Positions 1 to 12,557 of a stretch of DNA of 64,000 nucleotides are shown piece by piece; the stretch's first letter is position 1, and every line of letters begins with the position of its first letter. Source of the DNA: Squalus acanthias (taxonomy: Eukaryota). The notes below the pieces were generated by a model. That model saw only the letters and a list, made by a program, of their open reading frames with translations, was not told the DNA's origin and did not search any database. The stretch is taken from the NCBI GenBank assembly GCA_030390025.1, contig JASTWF010000327.1:186001-250000 (forward strand), given 5' to 3'. The translations under genes were made by a program, and so were the position numbers.

Positions 1-1129
1 TGGTCAAGAAGGTAAGAGCCCATGGGATCCAGGGCAATTTGGCACATTGGATACAAAATTGGCTTAGTGGCAGGAGGCAGAGGGTGATGGTCGAAGATTG
101 TTTTTGTGACTGGAAGCCTGTGTCCAGTGGTGTACTGCAGGGATCGGTGCTGGGTCCTTTGCTGTTTGTAGTGTACATTAATGATTTAGATATGAATGTA
201 GGAGGTATGATCAGTAAGTTCGCAGATGACTGAAAATTGGTGGGGTGGTAAATAGCGAGGAGGGAATCCTCAGGCTACAGGACGATATAGACGGGTTGGT
301 CAGATGGGCAGAACAGTGGCAAATGGAATTTAACCCTGAAAAGTGTGAGGTGATGCATTTTGGGAGGACTAACAAGGCAAGGGAATACACAATGAATGGT
401 AGGACCCTAGGAAGGACAGAGGATCAGAGGGACCTTGGTGTGCATGTACATAGATCCCTGAAGGCAGCAGGACAGATAGATAAGGTGGTTAAAAAGGCAT
501 ATGGGATACTTGCCTTCATTAGCCGAGGCATAGAATATAAGAGCAGGGAGGTTATGATGGAGCTGTACAAAATGCTAGTTAGGTCACAGCTGGAATACTG
601 TGTGCAGTTCTGGTCGCCACACTACAGGAAGGATGTGATTGCACTGGAGAGGGTGCAGAGGAGATTCACCAGGATGTTACCTGGGCTGCAGCGCTTCAGC
701 TATGAAGAGAGACTGGATAGGCTGGGGTTGTTTTCCTTAGAGCAGAGAAGGCTGAGGGGGGACCTGATTGAGGTGTACAAAATTATGAGGGGCATAGATA
801 GGGTAGATAGAAAGGAACTTTTCCCCTTAGTAGAGGGGTCAATAACCAGGGGGCATAGTTTCAAGGTAAGGGGCAGGAGGTTTAGAGGGGATTTGAGGAA
901 AAACCTTTTCACCCAGACGGTGGTTGGAATCTGGAACTCACTGCCTGAAAGGGTGGTAGAGGCAGGAACCCTCACAACATTCAAGAAGCATTTAGATGAG
1001 CACTTGAAACGCCATAGCATACAAGGCTATGGACCAAGTGCTGGAAAATGGGATTAGAATAGACAGGGCTTGATGGCCGGCACGTACACGATGGGCCGAA
1101 GGGCCTCTTTCAGTGCTGTATAACTCTAT
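1..1129 (+). mobile_element. CR1-clade LINE, 3' part of ORF2 (reverse transcriptase) and 3' tail
   Basis: ORFs 39..233 and 245..1057 contain QGSVLGP, KFADD, LEYCVQFWSP and WNSLP; tail ends in (actctatg)n, which resumes at 2023 after the MITE. Confidence 0.93.
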
Positions 1130-2022
1130 GGGGGAAAAATTAGGTTGCGCCCCATTTGGGGCGCAAATATCGTCTGGACGCAAATATTAGCGCCTGGCGC
1201 TAATTATCGGCACTGACTGGAAACTTCACTTTTACCGCCCCGGGAGGTGAGTGGAGCGCTAAATCAGGCGCTGCACACCTGTCTTAAGGCGCAAAGGCCA
1301 AGGAGTGAGGCGCTAACTCAGAGCGCTGGCGAAGCTCATGTAATGTCAGTCAGCAATGGAACACACACACAATGGCACGGGCCAGTTCTTAAAGGGGATG
1401 GTTAATCTTGCTTTCCATCCACATCCTGTTCATTGCAGCCTTGAATCTCGGCCTGGAGAGACTTGCACATCAAATGTGCTGGAAAGAACAATGGAGAGTA
1501 CCAGGCAAAGAGCTCAGAGTGCAGCTCCCACAGTCTCTGCTAAATCGATACAAGGAATGGCAAATCAAAATGAACCTGCAAAGTGCTGCTCAGTACCCAA
1601 AACTCCTTCACACAACGTTGAATCTCTCCAGAAGTCTCTCCCTCTCTCTCTCAGAATGCGTAGTTCAAAAATGCCACCAACAATAAAAGACAGGAAGAGG
1701 CCCCCTTTAAATAGCGCCACCCCCAGCCCCACAGCGATTGATAGCGTTCCAGTCTTCTGGTCGTTGGATGCGCCAGGCGGTAAGGCAGGGGGCGCCACTC
1801 AATTTCCGCTCCGGGGCGCCACAAGGGCGTTGCACCATGGAATGACGTCACAATCTGCGCGCGCAGGTGGTCGCAGCGGTAAAGTTTAGCGCCGCCGCAC
1901 AATCTCTAGTTAAGTTCCCGAGCGGCGCAAACATCGCTGCGCCCGGGCGTTAGCGGCTTTGCGCCCCATTAGCGCCCTCTTAAGGCGCTAACGGGAGGCG
2001 CAACCAACTGAATTTTTACCCC
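1130..2022. mobile_element. Non-autonomous DNA transposon (MITE), PIF/Harbinger-like
   Basis: Imperfect TIRs GGGGGAAAAATTAGGTTGCGCC and (reverse complement) GGGGTAAAAATTCAGTTGGTTGCGCC; 3-bp TAT duplication at 1127-1129 and 2023-2025; no transposase. Confidence 0.75.
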
Positions 2023-2034
2023 TATGACTCTATG

Positions 2035-3437
2035 AAACTATAGACCAGTTAGCCTAACATCTGTCGTTGGGAAAATGCTGGAGTCCTTCATGAAGGATGC
2101 AGTAGAAGGGCATTTGGAAAATCATAATGCAGTCAAGCAGAGTAGGCATGGTTTTATGAAAGGGAAATCATGTTTAACAAACTTGCTGGAGTTCTTTGAG
2201 GAGGTAACAAGCAGGTTGGACAAAGATGAACCAGTGGATGTGGTGTATTTGGATTTCCAGAAGGCATTCGATAAGGTGCCACATAAAAGGTTACTGCATA
2301 AGATAAGAGCTCACGGAGTTGGGGGTAATATATTAGCATGAAGAGAGAATTGGCTAACTAACAGAAAGCAGAGAGCCGGGATATATGGGTCATTTTCCGG
2401 TTGGCAAACGGTAACTAGTGGGGTTCCACAGGGATCGGTGCTGGGGCCTCAACTATTTACAATCTACATTAATGACTTGGATGAAGGGACCGAGTGTAAT
2501 GTAGCCAAGTTTGTGGATGATACAAAGATGGGTGGGAAAGCAAGTTGTGCAGAGGACTCAAAGAATCTGCAAAGGGATATGGACAGGCTAAGTGAGTGGG
2601 CAAACATTTGGCAGATGGAGTATAATGTGGGAAAGTGCGAGGTTATACACATTGGCAGGAAAAATAAAAAAGCAAATTATTATTTAAATGGAGAGAGATT
2701 TCAAAATGCGACAGTACAGAGGGACCTGGGGGTCCTTGTGCATGAAACACAAAAAGTTAGCATGCAGGTACAGCAAGTAATCAAAAAGGCAAATGGAATG
2801 TTGGCCTTTATTTCAAGGGGGTTGGAGTATAAAAGCAGGGAAGTCCTGCTGCAACTGTACAGGGTATTGGTGAGACCACACCTTGAGTACTGCGTATAGT
2901 TTTGGTCTCCTTATTTAAGGAAGGATATACTTGCATTGGAGGCAGTTAAGAAACGATTCACGAGGTTAATTCCAGAGATGAGGGGGTTGACTTATGAGGA
3001 AAGGTTGAGCAGGCTGGGCCTATACTCATTGGAATTTAGAAGAATGAGAGGTGATCTTATTGAAACATATAAGATACTGAGGGGGCTCGACCAGTCCAGA
3101 GAGGATGTTTCCCCTCGTGGGGAAATCTAGAACTCGGGGGCACAGTTTTAGAATAAAGGGTCACCCTTTTAGAACTGAGATGAGGAGGAATTTCTTCTCT
3201 CAGAGGGTCGTAAATCTGTGGAATTCACTGCCCCAGAGAGCTGTGGAGGCTGGGTCATTAAATACATTTAAGGTGGAGATAGACAAATTTTTGCAAGGTG
3301 AGGGAATGAAGGGTTATGGGGAGCGGGCGGGGAAGTGGCTTTGAGCCCAAGATCAGCCATGATCTTATTGAATGGCGGAGCAGGCTCAAGGGGCCAAGTG
3401 GCCTATTCCTGCTCCTATTTCTTATGTTCTTATGTTC
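2035..3437 (+). mobile_element. CR1-clade LINE, 5'-truncated, disrupted RT ORF
   Basis: ORFs 2075..2341, 2438..2899, 2936..3130, 3105..3344 with [13 protein letters not shown] and KFVDD; tail (ttcttatg)n. Confidence 0.93.
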
Positions 3438-3540
3438 TCAGTGTAAGTGGTCCCTGGATTTGGTGTCTCATTGTAAGTGGTCCCTGGATTTGGTGTCTCA
3501 GTGTAAGTGGTCCCTGGATTTGATGTCTCACTGTATGTGG
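3438..3540. repeat. 30-bp tandem repeat, ~3.5 copies
   Basis: Unit cagtgtaagtggtccctggatttggtgtct. Confidence 0.9.
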
Positions 3541-5105
3541 TCCCAACTCCTCTTTCACCCCAACTCTCCAACCGCCCTCATCCCAACTCCTCTTTCACCC
3601 CTACTCTCCAACCCCTCACCCCAGCTCCTCTTTCACCCCTACTCTCCAACCCCCTCACCCCAACTCCTCTTTCACCCCTACTCTCCAACCCCCTCACCCC
3701 AATTCCTTTCACCCCTACTCTCCAACCCCCTCACCCCAAATCCTCTTTCACCCCTACTCTCCAACACCCCTCACCCCAACTCCTCTTTCACCCCTACTCT
3801 ACAACACCCCTCATCCCAACTCCTCTTTCACCCCGACTCTCCAACCCCCCTCACCCCAAATCCACTTTCATCCCTCCTCTCCAACCCCCCTCACCCCAAC
3901 TCCTCTTTCACCCCTACTCTCCAACCCCCTCACCCCAACTCCTCTTTCACCCCTACTCTCCAAAAAACTCAACCCAACTCCTCTTTCACCCCTACTCTCC
4001 AACCCCTCACCCCAACTCCTCTTTCACCCCTACTCTGCAACCCCTCACCCCAACTCCTCTTTCACCCCTACTCTCCAAACCCCCTCACCCCAACTCCTCT
4101 TTCACCCCAACTCTCCAACACCCCACACCCTAACTCCTCTTTCACCCCTACTCTCCAACCCCCTCACCCCAACTCCTTTCACCCCGACTCTCCAACCCCC
4201 CTCACCCCAACTCCTCTTTCACCCCTACTCTCCAACCCCCCTCACCCCAATTCCTCTTTCACACCTACTCTCCAACCCCCTCACCCAAACTCCTCTTTCA
4301 CCCCTACTCTCCAACCCCCCTCACCCCAACTCCTCTTTCACCCCAACTCTCCAACCCCCCTCACCCCAACTCCTCTTTCACCCCTACTCTCCAACCCCCT
4401 CACCCCAACTCCTCTTTCACCCCGACTCTCCAACCCCTCACCCCAACTCCTCTTTCACCCTACTCTCCAACCCCTTACCCCAACTCCTCTTTCACCCCTA
4501 CTCTCCAACTCACCTCACCCCAACTCCACTTTCACCCCTACTCTCCAACCCCCTCACCTCAACTCCTCTTTCACCCCTACTCTCCAACCCCCTCACCCCA
4601 ACTCCTCTTTCACCCCTACTCTCCAACCCCCTCACCCCAACTCCTCTTTCACCCCTACTCTCCAACCCCCTCACCCCAACTCCTCTTTCACCCCTACTCT
4701 CCAACCCCCTCACCCCAACTCCTCTTTCACCCCTACTCTCCAACCCCCCTCACCCCAACTCCTCTTTCACCCCTACTCTCCAACCCCCTCACCCCAACTC
4801 CTCTTTCACCCCTACTCTCCAACCCCTCACCCCAACTCCTCTTTCACCCCTACTCTCCAACACCCCTCACCCCAACTCCTCTTTCACCCCTACTCTCCAA
4901 CCCCCCTCACCCCAACTCCTCTTTCACCCCTACTCTCCAACCCCCCTCACCCCAACTCCTCTTTCACCCCTACTCTCCAACCCCCCTCACCCCAACTCCT
5001 CTTTCACCCCTACTCTCCAACCCCCTCACCCCAACTCCTCTTTCACCCCTACTCTCCAACCCCCTCACCCCAACTCCTCTTTCACCCCTACTCTCCAGCC
5101 CCTCT
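3541..5105. repeat. C/T-rich minisatellite, ~38-40-bp unit, ~40 copies
   Basis: Unit ccccaactcctctttcacccctactctccaaccccctca with variable C-runs. Confidence 0.95.
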
Positions 5106-5786
5106 CTCGTCTTCAATGGAACGTACAATGACAATTGATATCAGTCAGGATTTGAAAGGTATTTACAAATTAATCTGGAGGTTCTGAGTTGGGATCTTTC
5201 TTTATTCTGTCCACTCGAGGAGTGTGATAACAGACTTTCTCCTGTGAATATAGAGCTGGAGTATTGGGCAGTGATGTGTTTACTTGTTCATCTTGTTGAG
5301 TCTAAAGATTGAGTCTTGTGGTTTCAGACACCAGATAATCAAGCTCACAACAGATTGTCTTTTACTGACTTTATTAACAGCACTGCAAAGATACAGAGTA
5401 TAGTTACCCGATCCGGAGAACAGGGATAATACAGTGGATTCAGAGCTCTCTTCTCCCCAGGTCTGTTCTAACAAGCTGCGACTACACTGGCGATATTTAT
5501 ATTTAACTTGTTTACTACATTATTGACCTGGCCCTGCCCAAACCATAACCACAAGGATATCTGTGCATTGTTCTGACTGTGACCACAAGGCTGTGTCACT
5601 ATCACACACACACACCGTTTCCTTCTTTCACATCTCCAGACACAGACCATCTCTTCACACATCCCCTTTCTACACAATTGCAGCCGACTTGAGCAAGGAC
5701 GCGAGGCTCATTAAAAGACACTCATTTCATGACAGCAAAGGTTACACTGGGACTAATCTTCAGTTATTTTCCATTACAGGCAAAAT

Positions 5787-7396
5787 CTTCTTCTTCTTAG
5801 GCAGTCCCTGGGAACCGAGGATGACTTGCTTCCACACTAACAATGAGTTCTCAGGTGACTGATGAGTCCAATGCGGGACCTACAGTCTCTGTCACAGGTG
5901 GGGCAGACGGTGGTTGAAGGGGCGGGTGGGTGGGTGCTTGGGTTGACGTGCGCTCCTTCCGCTGTTTGCGCTTGGCTTCCGCTTGCTCCCGGCGAAGAGA
6001 CGCGAGGTGTTCGGCGCCTTCCTGGATGCTTCTCCTGCACTTTGTGCGGTCTTGGGCCAGGGATTCCCAGGTGTCAGTGGGGATATTGCACTTTTTCAAC
6101 GAGGCTTTGAGGGTGTCCTTGAAGCGTTTCCTCTGCCCACCTGTGGCTCTCTTGCCGTGTCGGAGCTCCGAGTAGAGCGCTTGTTTTGGGAATCTCGTAT
6201 CGGGCATGTGGACGATGTGACCTGTCCATCGGAGCTGATCAAGCATGGTCAAAGCTTCGATGCTGGGGATGTTGACCTGAGCGAGTACACTGACGTTGGT
6301 GCGCCTATCCTGCCAATGGATTTGCAGGATCTTGCGGAGGCAGCGTTGGTGGTACCTCTCCAGTGCTTTGAGGTGCCTGCTGTACATGGTCCATGTCTCT
6401 GATGCATATCACTACTGCTCTGTAGACCATGAGCTTGGTGCCGGGTTTGAGGTCCTGGTCTTCAAACACTCTCTTCCTCAGGCGACCGAAGGCTGCACTG
6501 GCACACTGAAGGCAGTGTTGGACTTCGTCATCGACGTCTGCCCTTGATGACAGTAGGCTCCCGAGGTATGGAAAGTGGTCCACGTTGTCCAAGGCCTCGT
6601 CGTGGATTTTGATAATTGGGGGCAGTACTGTGTGGCGGGGGCAGGTTGGTAGAGGTCCTTTGTCTTACGGATGTTTAGTGTAAGGCCTATGCTCTCGTAC
6701 GCTTCGGTGAAGGTGTTGACGATGGTTTGGAGTTCGACCTCAGAGTGAGCGCAGACGCAAGCGTCGTCTGCATACTGTAATTCGATGACAGAGGATGGGA
6801 CAACCTTGGATCTGGACTGGAGGCGACGGAGGTTGAACAGTTTCCCATTTGTTCTGTAGATTAGCTCCACTCCAGCGGGGAGCTTACTGAGGGTGAGATG
6901 GAGCATTGCAGCTAGGAAGATCGAGAAGAGCTTTGGTGCGATGACACAGCCTTGCTTGACCCTGGTCCATACGTGAATTGGGTCGGTGGTGGATCCGTTG
7001 GCAGGATCATGCTTACATGTCGTCGTGAAGCCGGCGGAGGATGGTGACAAACTTTTGAGGGCAGCCGAATTTGAGGAGGACACTCCATAATCCCTCACAG
7101 TTGACAGTGCCGAAGGCCTTTGTGAGGTCAAAGAAGGCCATGTACAGCGGTTTGTGCTGTTCCCTGCATTTCTCTTCTATTTGACACGGTGAAGATCATG
7201 TCCATTGTGCCCTTAGTTGGCGGAATCCGCATTGCAACTCTGGGAGGAGCTCTTCAGCCACTGGGAGAAGGCGATTGAGGAGGATTCTTGCGATGACTTT
7301 TCCTGTGACAGACAGCAGGGAAACTCCTCTGTAATTACCGCAATCGGACTTGTCACCTTTCTTGAAGATGGTCACGATTACGGCATCTGAGATTTG
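5787..7396 (-). mobile_element. RTE-clade LINE, 5'-truncated and frameshifted
   Basis: Minus ORFs with KGDKSDCGNYRGVSLL, VKQGCVIAP, LQYADD, YLGS, QLRWTGH and C-terminal CPTC..SH; (gaa)n tail at 5787; flanked by a ~113-bp direct repeat. Confidence 0.9.
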
Positions 7397-8102
7397 ACAA
7401 TTGCAGCCGACTTGAGCAAGGACGTGAGGCTCATTAAAAGACACACTCATTTCATGACAGCAAAGGTTACACTGGGACAAATCTTCAGTTATTTTCCATT
7501 ACAGGCAAAATGCAGAGCGGTCCAGCAGCACATGGCACCTTAACAGAGTCTCATCGGCCTACAATATAGAGCTGGAGGATTGGGCCGTGATCTGTTTACT
7601 TGTTCATCTCTTGTTCAATACATTTACTGAGTGCATTTAAATTGAAAACCAGGTTTGCAGGCGTGATGCTCTATTCACACATCGAAGGTGAGAGAGATGC
7701 TGTGGGGCACACGCTAAGTCCAGTAGCTGACAGTGATTAACAGACTGGGTTTTGTGTTTAGTGATCCCGGGCGTGTTACCGATACCTTCCCTGGATACCA
7801 AGGCTAGGAGAGGCACTCTGGAATGTATGGGGAGCTGGGACTTGTCCATGAGAGTAACCGAAGGTATGAGAACTGAAATAATCTAGAGTTAGAAAGGAGA
7901 AAAGGCCCAAAAATAGAACAGTCAGTAACAGGACATCAATTAATCTCTTATCTTGGAGGAAACAAATACTCGACACACTGTGTGTTTGAAACAATGCCAA
8001 TTTATTTGGCATTGATCCAGAATATTAATCTCCAGCCCAGTTATAGGGTCATTAACATCAACAGAAACAAACCCCAACTGTCAGAATGAACATGGTTCAG
8101 TC

Positions 8103-10515
8103 CTAGATGTGATTATCAGCAGCAATAACAGCAGAATCCAATTTCGGCAGTAACTTGTGAACTCGCTGGTGTGTCCGCAGGTTGGATGCCTGAATGAATC
8201 CCTTCCCACACATGGAGCAGGTGAACTGCCTCTCCCCAGTGTGAACTCGCTGGTGTATCTTTAGGTGGGATGAGTGACTGAATCTCTTCCGACACACGGA
8301 GCATCTGAACGGCCTCTCCCCAGTGTGAACTCGCTGGTGTATCTTTAGGTGGGATGAATCAGCGAATCCTTTCTGACACACAGAGCAGGTGAACGGATTC
8401 TCCCCGGTGTGAATGCGTTGGTGTATCAGCAGAGCATTACTGCTTTTAAAGGTCTTCTCACAGTCAGAACATTTAAACGGTCTCTTATCAGTGTGAACTT
8501 GCTGGTGTTTCAGCAGGGTTGATGAATGAGCGAATCTCTTCCCACACACGGAGCAGGTGAACGGCTTCTCACCAGTGTGAACTCGCTGGTGCCTAGTGAG
8601 GTTGGATGAACAAGTGAATCCCTTCCCACACACGGAGCAGGTGAACGGCCTCTCACCAGTGTGAGTGAGTTCGTGTCTCTGGCAGCTGGATGACAGACTG
8701 AATCCCTTCCCACACACGGAGCAGGTGAACGGTCTCTGCCCAGTGTGAGTGAGTTGGTGTCTCTGGTGGCTGGATGACAGACTGAATCCCTTCCCACACA
8801 CAATGAGCAGGTGAATGGCCTCTGCCCAGTGTGAACTCGCTGGTGCGTAGTCAGGCGGGATGACAGAGTGAATCCCTTCCCACACTCGGAGCAGGTGAAC
8901 GGCCTCTCCCCAGTGTGAATTCGCCGGTGTACCAGCAGGCCGGATGACAGACTGAATCCCTTCCCACACTCGGAGCAGGTGAACGGCCTCTCCTCAGTGT
9001 GAGTGCGCTGGTGTCTCAGTAGGTGGGATGATTCAATGAATCTCTTCCCACACACAAAGCAGATGAACGGCCTCTCCCCAGTGTGAACTCGCTGGTGTCT
9101 CAGCAGGTAGGATGAATCAGTAAATCCCTTCTGACACACAGAGCAGGTGAACAGATTCTCCCCAGTGTGAGTGCGTTGGTGTGTCAGCAGAGCATTACTT
9201 CTTTTAAAGCTCTTCTCACAGTCAGAACATTTAAACGGTCTCTTATCAGTGTGAACTTGCAGGTGTGCCATCAGGCTTGATGACTGAGTGAATCTCTTCC
9301 CACACACGGAGCAGGTGAACGGCCTCTCCCCAGTGTGAACTCGCTGGTGTATCAAGAGGCGGGATGAACAAGGGAAACTCTTCCCACAGATGGAACAGCT
9401 GAACGGCCTCTCCCCGGTGTGAACTCGCTTGTGCGCCAAAAGGTGGCTTGAACGAGTAAATCTCTTCCCACACACTGAACAGGAGAACGGCCTCGCCCCT
9501 GTGTGAACTCGCTTGTGTGTCAAAAGGCGGACGAAACGAGTGAATCCCTTCCCACACACGGAGCAGTAGAACGGCCATTCCGTAGTGTGAATGTCCTCAT
9601 GTGACATAAGTTGGGCTAAACGAGTGAATCCCTTCCCACACACGAAGCAGTTGAACGGTCTCTCCTTGATGTGAACTTGCTGGTGTTCAGCGAGTTGCAA
9701 TGACTGGGTGAACCTCTCCCCACAGTGAGAGCAACTGAATGGACTCTCATGAGTGTGAAGGAGCTGGTGTTCAGCCAGACGGAATGACTGCTGGAACCTC
9801 TTCCCGCAGTGAGAGCAACAGAACGGTCGCTCGTCAGCGTGAACTCGCTGGTGTTCAATCAGTTCCTCAGAGGTTTTAAAGCTGTTCCCACAGTCAGAGC
9901 ATTTAAAAGGTCTCTCATCAGCATGATCAAGTTGGTGTGCAGTGAGGTGGGATGAACAAGTGAATCCCTTCCCACACACAGAGCAGGAGAATGGCCTCTC
10001 CCTATTGCGAGCTCGCTGGCGTGTCAGCATGCTAGACAATTGAGTAAATCCCTTCCGAGAGAGAGCAGGTGAACAGCCTATCCCCGGTCTCCAGCTGGGA
10101 CTGTTAACTGAATCCCTTCCCACAGTCTCGACATTTCCATACTTTCTCCGTGGTGCGGGTGTCCTTGTGTCTCTCCAGGTTGGACAATCAGTTGAAGCCT
10201 CGTCCACACACAGAACACGTGTACGGTTTCTCCCCGCTGTGAATGGTGCGATGTTTTTTCAGGCTGTGTAACTGGTTAAAGCTCTTTCCACAGTCAGTGT
10301 ACTGGAACACTCTCACTCGGGTGTGTGTGTCTCGGTGCTTTTCCAGTCACACTGATGTTTGAAATCTTTTCCCACAGACAGAACAGACAAACATTTCTCC
10401 TTCCACATTCAAAGTGCGATGATATTCAGGTCCTGATCAATCGAGTGAATCTGTCAGCTGTTCACATGATGTTTGGTTTGAGTTTCCCGTTTGCATATTT
10501 TCCCCTTCTAATACC
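8103..10515 (-). pseudogene. ZNF-A: tandem C2H2 zinc-finger exon, ~22 fingers, disrupted
   Basis: ORFs 8510..10207 and 8103..8969 with HTGERPF linkers; acceptor ttttacag ends at 10516; TGA at 10347-10349 and 10188-10190, TAA plus frameshift near 10105, frameshift near 8800; ATG at 10030 could still give ~14 fingers. Confidence 0.85.
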
Positions 10516-10959
10516 CTGTAAAAAGAATTTACAAAATCATCACTGTAAGTACAGGATAGAAATTCAGAACAGACAATTCCAGTTTATATGGAACAATCTT
10601 TCCTCTCTTGTTCCCCCAAAGCTGTAAATCCCCGTCCCACACACTCTCCCTCCTCCCTGTGCTGAAATCCAAACCCATCGCACCATCTCCAACATTTCTT
10701 TCCTCCACTCCCAGTTTTCCCCCTCCCTCTACTCTGGTTGGGTTCAGTTCCACACCCGCTGTGTGCAGAGTGAGAATAAAATCAATGAGTCAATGATTGT
10801 CTCTCCTGGTCACTGGGCCTTTTTGGATGGACCAATAGGGTGAGACTGGGTTGCCCCAGGGTCACCAAACAAGAATCAGCCCAACAAGGCTCCCTTTCAG
10901 GGGCCACTAATATGGGAGAAACATGTGGTCCAATCAAACTGACAGACACCCTGAAGCCC

Positions 10960-11330
10960 CGCCCACTATTTGTTCCTGGCCAAAATACCGCGCATGCGCC
11001 CTGAGACCCGCCCTGTCCAAGATGGCGGCCAGTCACCCGGGCGGTCACGGACCGGGCCTGTAACCAGGGAAACACGGGGCCTGTGGGCTCTTATTCGGGG
11101 CCTCAGGCCGACACCAGGTGTTTACAAAGCTTTTAAACCCACCCGCGGGCCCAATGCATCCACTGCGCCCACAATCGCCTTCCGGCTCCCGGCCGCTGAC
11201 CCGCCTGTTTCACTCAATCCATCACCGCCACTCGCACTGCGCATGCCCAGAGCACACTAGTTACTGCGCCGGCGCACTGGGCTCCTGTCGTCATTGATGG
11301 AGCACTGTCAGCCGCGCGGGGGATTCTGGG
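10960..11330 (-). promoter_or_regulatory. CpG-island promoter of ZNF-A
   Basis: CpG-rich; NRF1 palindrome GCGCATGCGC 10990-10999; YY1 AAGATGGCGGC 11019-11029; GC box near 10957; homologous to 22110-22270 and 31550-31950. Confidence 0.75.
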
Positions 11331-11374
11331 TTAATACACTGCAATTGTTGTCATCGAGGTGAGCACCACGTGTC

Positions 11375-12557
11375 CCCTCTACACTGTCCCATCAAACACT
11401 CCCAGGGCAGGTACAGCACGGGTTAGATACAGAGTAAAGCTCCCTCTACACTGTCCCATCAAACACTCCCAGGGCAGGTACAGCACGGGTTAGATACAGA
11501 GTAAAGCTCCCTCTACACTGTCCCATCAAACACTCCCAGGGCAGGTATAGCACGGGTTAGATACAGAGTAACGCTCCCTCTACACTGTCCCATCAAACAC
11601 TCCAAGGGCAGGTACAGCACGGGTTAGATACAGAGTAAAGCTCCCTCTACACTGTCCCATCAAACACTCCCAGGGCAGGTACAGCACGGGTTAGATACAG
11701 AGTAAAGCTCCCTCTACACTGTCCCATCAAACACTCCCAGGGCAGGTACAGCACGGGTTAGATACAGAGTAAAGCTCCCTCTACACTGTCCCATCAAACA
11801 CTCCCAGGGCAGGTACAGCACGGGTTAGATACAGAGTAAAGCTCCCTCTACACTGTCCCATCAAACACTCCCAGGGCAGGTACAGCACGGGTTAGATACA
11901 GAGTAAAGCTCCCTCTACACTGTCCCATCAAACACTCCCAGGGCAGGTACAGCACGGGTTAGATACAGAGTAAAGCTCCCTCTACACTGTCCCATCAAAC
12001 ACTCCCAGGGCAGGTACAGCACGGGTTAGATACAGAGTAAAGCTCCCTCTACACTGTCCCATCAAACACTCCCAGGGCAGGTACAGCACAGGTTAGATAC
12101 AGAGTAAAGCTCCCTCTACACTGTCCCATCAAACACTCCCAGGGCAGGTACAGCACGGGTTAGATACAGAGTAAAGCTCCCTCTACACTGTGCCATCAAA
12201 CACTCCCAGGGCAGGTACAGCACGGGTTAGATACAGAGTAACGCTCCCTCTACACTGTGCCATCAAACACTCCCAGAGCAGGTACAGCACGGGTTAGATA
12301 TAGAGTAACGCTCCCTCTACACTGTCCCATCAAACACTCCCGGTGCAGGTACAGCACGGGTTAGATACAGAGTAAAGCTCCCTCTACATTGCCCATCAAA
12401 CACTCCCAGGGCAGGTACTGCACGGGTTAGATACAGAGTAAAGCTCCCTCTACACTGTCCCATCAAACACTCCCAGGGCAGGTACAGCACGGGTTAGATA
12501 CAGAGTAAAGCTCCCTCTGCACTGTCCCATCAAATACTCCCAGGGCAGGTACAGCAC
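11375..12557. repeat. 67-bp satellite, ~17.5 copies
   Basis: Unit acagcacgggttagatacagagtaaagctccctctacactgtcccatcaaacactcccagggcaggt; period 67 (11413 to 11480). Confidence 0.97.

Noticed and set aside
1356..1889. 177-aa ORF as a transposase
   Set aside because: No DDE or DNA-binding motif recognisable; lies inside a non-autonomous element
3316..5187. 623-aa Pro/Ser/Thr-rich ORF
   Set aside because: Translation of the C-rich minisatellite, starting inside a CR1 tail; stop-free because of base composition
11375..12557. CRISPR-like array
   Set aside because: Head-to-tail identical 67-mers with no unique spacers; vertebrate context; no cas genes
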